Assembly (NCBI GenBank): GCA_044376115.1
Contig: JBILLK010000059.1
Span: 1 to 11,905 of the forward strand
DNA: 11,905 nucleotides
Reading direction: 5' to 3'
Source: Polyangiaceae bacterium
GTDB lineage: Bacteria; Myxococcota_A; Polyangia; Polyangiales; Polyangiaceae
Shown: positions 6,967-11,905 of the stretch, in pieces
Layout of the letters: every line of letters begins with the position of its first letter
Numbering within the stretch: position 1 is the first letter of the stretch
Notes under the pieces: model-generated
Database searches by the model: none
The model's input: only the letters and a program-made list of their open reading frames with translations
Told to the model about the DNA's origin: nothing
Made by a program: the position numbers and the translations under genes

Positions 6967-8340
6967 ATGAGCCACGCACTCTATCTGGGAGGCGCTGCGA
7001 CCTCCGGCTTGATCTCGGCGTTCGAAGTGCCAGCGCATCATCTTGTCACCCACTCCGTGGTGGTCGGGATGACTGGCAGCGGGAAAACCGGCCTCCTTAC
7101 CGTGATGGTCGAGGAGGCTCTCCGAGCTCGGGTACCCGTGCTGATGATCGACGTGAAGGGCGACTTGCCGAACCTGCTGCTGACGCTGCCGGATTTTACG
7201 GCAGCGTCGTTGGCGCCCTGGCTCGTGAGCGAAACGGATCCGGGCGCGCGCCTTGCGCTCGCCGAGCAAAAGGTGGCGTCCCGAAGGACCAACCTCGAGG
7301 CGTGGGGGATCACGCCCGAGGTGGTGCGTCGCTTCGACGAATCGACCTCGGTTCGCGTGATCACTCCGGGCGCGGCGAGCGGAGAGCTTCTCCACGTGCT
7401 CTCGTCCCTGGAGCGTCGGTCCCCTCGCTGGGATACGGATCGAGAGCTCGCGCGCGCGACCTTGAGCGCGACGATCTCGCTCGTCCTACGGCTCATCGGA
7501 CGAGAAGCGGACCCCGCGAAGAGCCGCGAGCACGTGTTCCTTTCGGTGGCGGCGGAGGCTCGACTGATCGCGGGCCAGCCTGCCGATCTCGGTGCGCTGC
7601 TGGTCGATCTGGAGGCGCCGCCGTTCGAGCGGATCGGCGCGTTGGCTGTGGATCGGTTTCTCAGCAAGAAGGCTCGACGAGATCTGGCTGCGGCGCTCAA
7701 CTCGCTGCTCGCCTCGCCGACCTTCGCGAGCTGGCGCGAGGGCATACCGCTCGACGTGGAGGCGTGGATGACGCCGAGCGGGCCTCGCACCCCGGCGACC
7801 ATCGTCAGCGTGGCTCACCTCGACGATGAGGAGCGCGCACTCGTGCTCGGCGTGCTGCTGGAGGAAGTCCTCTCGTGGGTGCGCGGCTTGCCTGGGTCCG
7901 AGTCGCTCAAGGCGTTGATCGTCTTCGACGAGGTGTACGGATTTTTGCCGCCTCACCCCGCGTCGCCACCGACCAAGAAGCCGCTCGTGACCCTGATGAA
8001 GCAGGCGCGCGCGTTTGGCGTAGGCGTCGTCGTGGCGACGCAAAACCCGATGGACCTCGACTATCGCGCGCTATCGAACGCAGGCCTGTGGTGCGTTGGT
8101 CGGCTGCAAACGGAAGCCGATCGGCAGCGAGTGGTGGAGGGCATGCAGTTGGCCCATGGCGCCGATGACGCGGACTACCACCAAATCCTGAAACAGCTCG
8201 AGCCTCGCTGGTTCGTCATTCGCAACGCCCACGACCGCAGACCGCCGCAGCTCGTCCAGCCTCGCTGGACGATGACGGTGATGCGCGGCCCGATGACGAG
8301 GACGGAGCTTCGGCGAGCGCGAGAGCAGCGCGACGCGTGA
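6967..8340 (+). CDS. HerA/FtsK-superfamily P-loop ATPase (DUF87 / helicase HerA-like domain), compact 457-aa form
   Basis: Walker A THSVVVGMTGSGKT, IDVKGD, Walker B LIVFDEVYGFLPP, arginine-finger/sensor region KQARAFGVGVVVATQNP..LDYRALSN. Confidence 0.88.
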   Translation: MSHALYLGGAATSGLISAFEVPAHHLVTHSVVVGMTGSGKTGLLTVMVEEALRARVPVLMIDVKGDLPNLLLTLPDFTAASLAPWLVSETDPGARLALAEQKVASRRTNLEAWGITPEVVRRFDESTSVRVITPGAASGELLHVLSSLERRSPRWDTDRELARATLSATISLVLRLIGREADPAKSREHVFLSVAAEARLIAGQPADLGALLVDLEAPPFERIGALAVDRFLSKKARRDLAAALNSLLASPTFASWREGIPLDVEAWMTPSGPRTPATIVSVAHLDDEERALVLGVLLEEVLSWVRGLPGSESLKALIVFDEVYGFLPPHPASPPTKKPLVTLMKQARAFGVGVVVATQNPMDLDYRALSNAGLWCVGRLQTEADRQRVVEGMQLAHGADDADYHQILKQLEPRWFVIRNAHDRRPPQLVQPRWTMTVMRGPMTRTELRRAREQRDA

Positions 8341-8342
8341 GG

Positions 8343-8393
8343 GTGGTTCTTCAAGCGGCTGGGCGGTAGCACCGCTTATGCGCTTGAGCCCAC
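8343..8393 (+). terminator. Long imperfect hairpin immediately after the ATPase stop (terminator or RNA-stabilising stem)
   Basis: TCAAGCG (8351-57) pairs with CGCTTGA (8381-87); inner TGGGCGGT-AGC-ACCGCTTA; outer GTGG/CCAC. No U-tract follows. Confidence 0.35.
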
Positions 8394-8585
8394 GGGCACG
8401 GCCGCAGAGCGAGCCGATTCGCGAAGGCGGAAAAGAGCCACGTGCAGGTAGTCGCGAACTGCGCTGGAACGTGGATACGAGAAGAGTCGGGACCGCACGG
8501 AATTGGATCTGGCTTACTGACGGTTGTGCCTTGACGCTTGGTCGTGGCCCGAAGCTAATCGAATTCGAAAGCGGTCTACGCAGCC

Positions 8586-9254
8586 GTGGTGGCCAGCGGC
8601 CAAAAGAGGCCTCAAGGAGCACAATTGGACACGTACGTCGCAGAGAGCGTCATCACTGCCGCAGGCCAACCGGCACCAGACTACGTATCGGGCGGCTATG
8701 GTCAGTCAGACGCTTCTGCCTTGGGGCCCACCGGTGGCTTGAGCATGTCAGCTGCCACACTGGTGAGGCTGCTGCAGATGATGCACCCGCAGGGGGCCGA
8801 CTCGCCGCTACAGGGGACTCGGCTCACGCTGCTGCAGTTGCTGCGCATGCACTCCAAGCAATCCGGCACGGTGGACCGCGTCAGCGATCAGGACGCAGTG
8901 ACAAGCTCCGATCGCAGCCCGCTATGGGGGCTAGGCTTTCGTACGCGCTTTAAAGAGGGAGTGGAGGCGACGCGTGACTCTCCCGAGCGCCCTCACGAGG
9001 CCGAGGCTTCCTGGGGAGGCAACTTCACCACCGGACAGTCAGGGTTCTCTCACACGACCTATTTTTCGCCATCGTTTGGTCCCACACAATCCATGAGCAT
9101 CGCCCTTGTGACCAATTGCGAACAGAAATTGCAGGACTTTAACGAAGAAAATGGAACCTGGGCCGGGGCCATCCGTAGCCAAGCCAGGTTCATCTTTAAC
9201 AATGGAGGCTGGGACAACGAGGTCGACTTGTTCTCAGTGCTCAACCTTGAGTAG
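8586..9254 (+). pseudogene. 5'-truncated C-terminal portion of a beta-lactamase-fold serine hydrolase (orphan CT 1)
   Basis: GGLSMSAATLVRLL (cf. GGl.ssa.Dl.rf), WGLGF, WGG at the HTG/KTG-triad position, SIALVTN, and a terminal W...DLF. No SxxK or YxN. An in-frame TAA at 8556-8558 excludes an N-terminal extension. Confidence 0.6.
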
Positions 9255-10389
9255 GGGCTTGCGTCTCTGCCTTGGCGTACTGCTCCACGGTTGCGGCGGT
9301 GAACTTCCCTTCCCGCCTGAGACGGAGGAGACGGTGCCGATTGAGCCGCAAGGCCCCCAATGCCACTTACCCAAGGAGAACCCCGTTGTGGTGGACATCT
9401 CTGGGGAAGATGTTGGCTATCTGTATGCGTTGTTCTCGGACGGTACGGTTTGGTTTTGGGGCGGGGGCTACCCTACATTGCGGTATCTGCCATTTGCGGA
9501 TGTGAACCATGAGCCGTGCCTAACAAGCATTGATATGAACGCAAAGCATGCAGGGCTATCGCATGAACACTCGATAACCCTTTTGCGGTTCTTCCCAGAC
9601 AGTTTTACCTTTGATGACATCCCCCATACGATAGACCTCCCTGGAGGCGCCAAGCCGATTGCGATTCAAGCAGACCGCGACTTCATCGCATTGGACGATC
9701 AAGGAGGAGTATGGGTACTTCTGCAGCGGGACCCGGCCATCAACCGCCCAGCTTCGGGCGAATTTCAGCGGCTGGAGTTGCCAGGCCCAGCGGCCGCGAT
9801 TGAGGCCGACGTGGGCTACTGCGCTCGGCTGATCAACGGCGAGGTGTGGTGCCTGGATCGTAACCCGGACCGAAATGGTCGGTTTGGAATGGGCGTTGAT
9901 GTGGAGCTCCCGACCTTGACGCGGCTACCTATTGAAGGCGCCGTCGACTTCTTCCTTGGCTATTCAGACTCCTGTTGGCTGGACCAAGCCGGGGCACTGC
10001 GGTGCGCAGGAGACAGCGTGCCCGACCCAGCGCTGACCGAGTGGGTACAGCCCACGTACCACCTTATCCCTAACGTGCCACCGTTTAAGCGAGTATGGCT
10101 CCGCCAGCAGGGGGGGGGTTGCGCCCTCGCCGAAGATGATGAGCTGTGGTGTTGGGGAGCGGATGTATTCGACTTACTGCCGCCCGACCAAGCGCTTCCG
10201 CCGACCCCAGTAGGAAGCTTTCCCGGCCTTAGAGACGTCTCAATGACCTTTTACACCACCTGTGTTCTGCGGGCGGACAACAAGGTGGTTTGCCGGGGAC
10301 GAGCTTCGGAAGGTGATAGCTGCGCCCCACCCGATGAAAACGGTTGGTGGACCATCACCTTTGGTGAGTGCGGCGGGGGAGGGCTTTAG
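9247..10389 (+). CDS. RCC1/BLIP-II-like beta-propeller lipoprotein, copy 1 (putative immunity/inhibitor); start TTG 9247, or ATG 9202/9151
   Basis: Short signal peptide with a lipobox-like end (SRGLRLCLGVLLHG|C). Repeated blades YALFSDGTVWFWG, IALDDQGGVW, CARLINGEVWC, CWLDQAGALRCAG, CALAEDDELWCWG, CVLRADNKVVCRG. The start overlaps the CT1 stop. Confidence 0.8.
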   Translation: MSRGLRLCLGVLLHGCGGELPFPPETEETVPIEPQGPQCHLPKENPVVVDISGEDVGYLYALFSDGTVWFWGGGYPTLRYLPFADVNHEPCLTSIDMNAKHAGLSHEHSITLLRFFPDSFTFDDIPHTIDLPGGAKPIAIQADRDFIALDDQGGVWVLLQRDPAINRPASGEFQRLELPGPAAAIEADVGYCARLINGEVWCLDRNPDRNGRFGMGVDVELPTLTRLPIEGAVDFFLGYSDSCWLDQAGALRCAGDSVPDPALTEWVQPTYHLIPNVPPFKRVWLRQQGGGCALAEDDELWCWGADVFDLLPPDQALPPTPVGSFPGLRDVSMTFYTTCVLRADNKVVCRGRASEGDSCAPPDENGWWTITFGECGGGGL

Positions 10390-10390
10390 T

Positions 10391-10801
10391 ATGCAATGGA
10401 GCCAAGTGGAGCGCTTGCACCAAAGGCAAGAAGGCCTGGTGAACAGAGTCAGCCGGAACGACGTCATGGATAACACCCAAAGCCAGCCAAGCTTCGGACT
10501 CGGGTTTTGTTCTAGCTTTACCAATGTGGTTGGGATTCCGGGCAGCAACGGCAAGGATGACTTCCTGAAAGCTACGTGGGGAGGGGATTTGTTCGGAACC
10601 GGTCGAACCGACTACGTGCACTATACCTATCTGCCCGAACAAGGGCCGCCCCAGTCCATGAGCGTGGCCTATTCAACCAACTGCGAGCAGCAATTGCAGA
10701 CCAGTGTCGACGACACGATAGGCGATCAAGCCGTCAACATCTTCAACGCTGGAGGCTGGGACAATGATGTCGATCTCTTCCCAGTGCTTGATCTTGATTA
10801 G
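10391..10801 (+). CDS. Shorter 5'-truncated serine-hydrolase C-terminal fragment (orphan CT 2), 136 aa
   Basis: ATG 10391 is 1 nt after the previous stop, with GGAGG at 10378-10382. It aligns with CT1 (RLHQRQEGLVNRVS/RMHSKQSGTVDRVS, FGLGF/WGLGF, WGG, QSMS.A..TNCEQ.LQ, IFN.GGWDN.VDLF). The track's 10262 start lies inside the upstream gene and is unlikely. Confidence 0.7.
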   Translation: MQWSQVERLHQRQEGLVNRVSRNDVMDNTQSQPSFGLGFCSSFTNVVGIPGSNGKDDFLKATWGGDLFGTGRTDYVHYTYLPEQGPPQSMSVAYSTNCEQQLQTSVDDTIGDQAVNIFNAGGWDNDVDLFPVLDLD

Positions 10802-11905
10802 CCGGGTGCTGGCGCTGGCCCTGCTGCTTAGCTGCGGCGGAGAATTGCCCTCTCCGCCCGAGAGCGAAGAGACAAAGCCTGAGGAGCCGGAGGGGCGCAG
10901 GTGTCCGTTGCCCAAAGAGAACCCGGTAATCGTCGATATCTCTGGAGAAGATATTGGTTTCCTTTTCGCACTGTCATCAGACGGCACACCGTGGTTTTGG
11001 GGCAGTGGCTATCCCACTCAGCGCTACGTGCGCGGTGATGAGAAAGATGAGCCGTGCCTGACAGCGATTGATGCGAATATCGATCGTGCTGGGCTGTCCT
11101 ATTTCAACGAGATTGTGCTGCTCGACTACAATCAACTCGCGTTCACCTTCAATGACGTGCCTCACTTCATGAAGCTTCCGGGAGGAGCCAAGCCGATCGC
11201 GATCCAGGCGGACCGTGACTACATCGCGTTGGATGACCAAGGTGGAGTCTGGGCGCTTTTGCAACGGCTGCCCTACGGGGATGTGCCTGCTACTGGCGAT
11301 TTTGCGCGGGTCGAGCTGCCTGCTCCCGCGGCGGCCATTGAGGCAGATGTTGGCTATTGTGTTCGCTTGGTTAATGGGGAGGTTTGGTGTGTAGACCGTT
11401 TGCCCGATGAGGACTCGCGCTTCGGCTTGGGGATTGGTGTGGAGCTGCCCACGTTGACCAAACTGCCGATTGAAGGGGCCAAAGACTTCTTTTTGGGCTT
11501 CGCGAACTCCTGTTGGTTGGATCAAGCGGGTGCCCTGCGTTGCGCAGGCAAAAGCTTTCCCGACCCAACCTTCACCGAGTGGATTCAACCCACCTATCAA
11601 TTGGTGCCCGACGTGCCTCCGTTTAAAAATCTATGGTTGCGACAACAAGGCGGGGGTTGCGCGTTAGCGGAGGATGATGACCTCTGGTGCTGGGGCCTTG
11701 ACACGTTCGACTTGGCCCCGCCGGACAAGGCGGTTCCGCCGACCCCCGTAGGCAACTTTCCCGGCCTCAAAGATGTGGCGATGACCTACGGAACCACCTG
11801 TGTCTTGCGGGCCGACAACGAGGTGGTATGCCAAGGTTCCACTGCGGTAGACAACAGCTGCGACGTCCCTGATGCGAACGGCTGGTACACCATCGTCTTT
11901 GGCGG
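10764..11905 (+). CDS. RCC1/BLIP-II-like beta-propeller lipoprotein, copy 2; runs off the right edge (start ATG 10764 or TTG 10794)
   Basis: Translated manually; absent from the ORF track. ISRVLALALLLS|CGGELPSPPESEETKPEEPEGRRCPLPKENPVIVDISGEDIGFLFALSSDGTPWFWGSG...CVRLVNGEVWC...CWLDQAGALRCAG...CALAEDDDLWCWG...TTCVLRADNEVVCQG...NGWYTIVFG, open to the window end. GGAGG at 10751-10755. Collinear paralog of 9247..10389. Confidence 0.85.
   Translation, partial: MMSISSQCLILISRVLALALLLSCGGELPSPPESEETKPEEPEGRRCPLPKENPVIVDISGEDIGFLFALSSDGTPWFWGSGYPTQRYVRGDEKDEPCLTAIDANIDRAGLSYFNEIVLLDYNQLAFTFNDVPHFMKLPGGAKPIAIQADRDYIALDDQGGVWALLQRLPYGDVPATGDFARVELPAPAAAIEADVGYCVRLVNGEVWCVDRLPDEDSRFGLGIGVELPTLTKLPIEGAKDFFLGFANSCWLDQAGALRCAGKSFPDPTFTEWIQPTYQLVPDVPPFKNLWLRQQGGGCALAEDDDLWCWGLDTFDLAPPDKAVPPTPVGNFPGLKDVAMTYGTTCVLRADNEVVCQGSTAVDNSCDVPDANGWYTIVFG

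Larger units (their letters stand above)
8823..11905 (+). repeat. Diverged tandem duplication of a hydrolase-CT + beta-propeller lipoprotein cassette (~1.55-kb unit; copy 1 ~8823-10389, copy 2 10391 to beyond the window)
   Basis: The homologous TAG stops at 9252 and 10799 are 1547 bp apart. Both encoded proteins align collinearly between the copies. Confidence 0.9.

Noticed and set aside
8378..8953. 191-aa plus-strand ORF and overlapping 8071..8622 minus ORF
   Set aside because: Arg-rich, no recognisable motifs, and they overlap the better-supported hydrolase-CT or ATPase frames.
11581..11592. 12-nt reverse-complement match to array repeat 1 (GGATTCAACCCA)
   Set aside because: Isolated, lies within coding W-I-Q-P codons, matches a repeat rather than a spacer, and is plausible by chance.
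4..11667. Remaining track ORFs antisense to or nested in the called genes (e.g. 403..657, 1467..2102, 3032..3802, 6664..7395, 7038..7802, 10977..11600)
   Set aside because: Shadow ORFs typical of high-GC DNA, with no family motifs.

Overview
GC-rich bacterial window, probably myxobacterial (Polyangiaceae-like; inferred from gene content), in three blocks. (1) 1-5430, minus strand: an auxiliary T6SS spike/effector operon with tightly coupled genes: Pro-rich protein, vgrG interrupted by one in-frame TGA, a DUF6484-like mini-spike protein, a PAAR-like (DUF4150) + VRR-NUC nuclease effector, and a DUF3396 (TsiV-type) immunity gene that runs off the left edge and is missing from the ORF track. (2) 5646-8340: a non-coding array of six pseudo-palindromic 10-mers (GRTT-NN-AAYC) at an exact 42-bp period with unrelated 32-nt spacers, followed on the plus strand by an uncharacterised helical protein and a compact HerA/DUF87-like ATPase. 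This is the best candidate for an undescribed system. (3) 8586-11905, plus strand: two tandem cassettes, each a 5'-truncated beta-lactamase-fold serine hydrolase C-terminus overlapping an RCC1/BLIP-II-like beta-propeller lipoprotein, resembling orphan toxin-CT/immunity modules. Family calls come from motif recognition by eye, not database searches.
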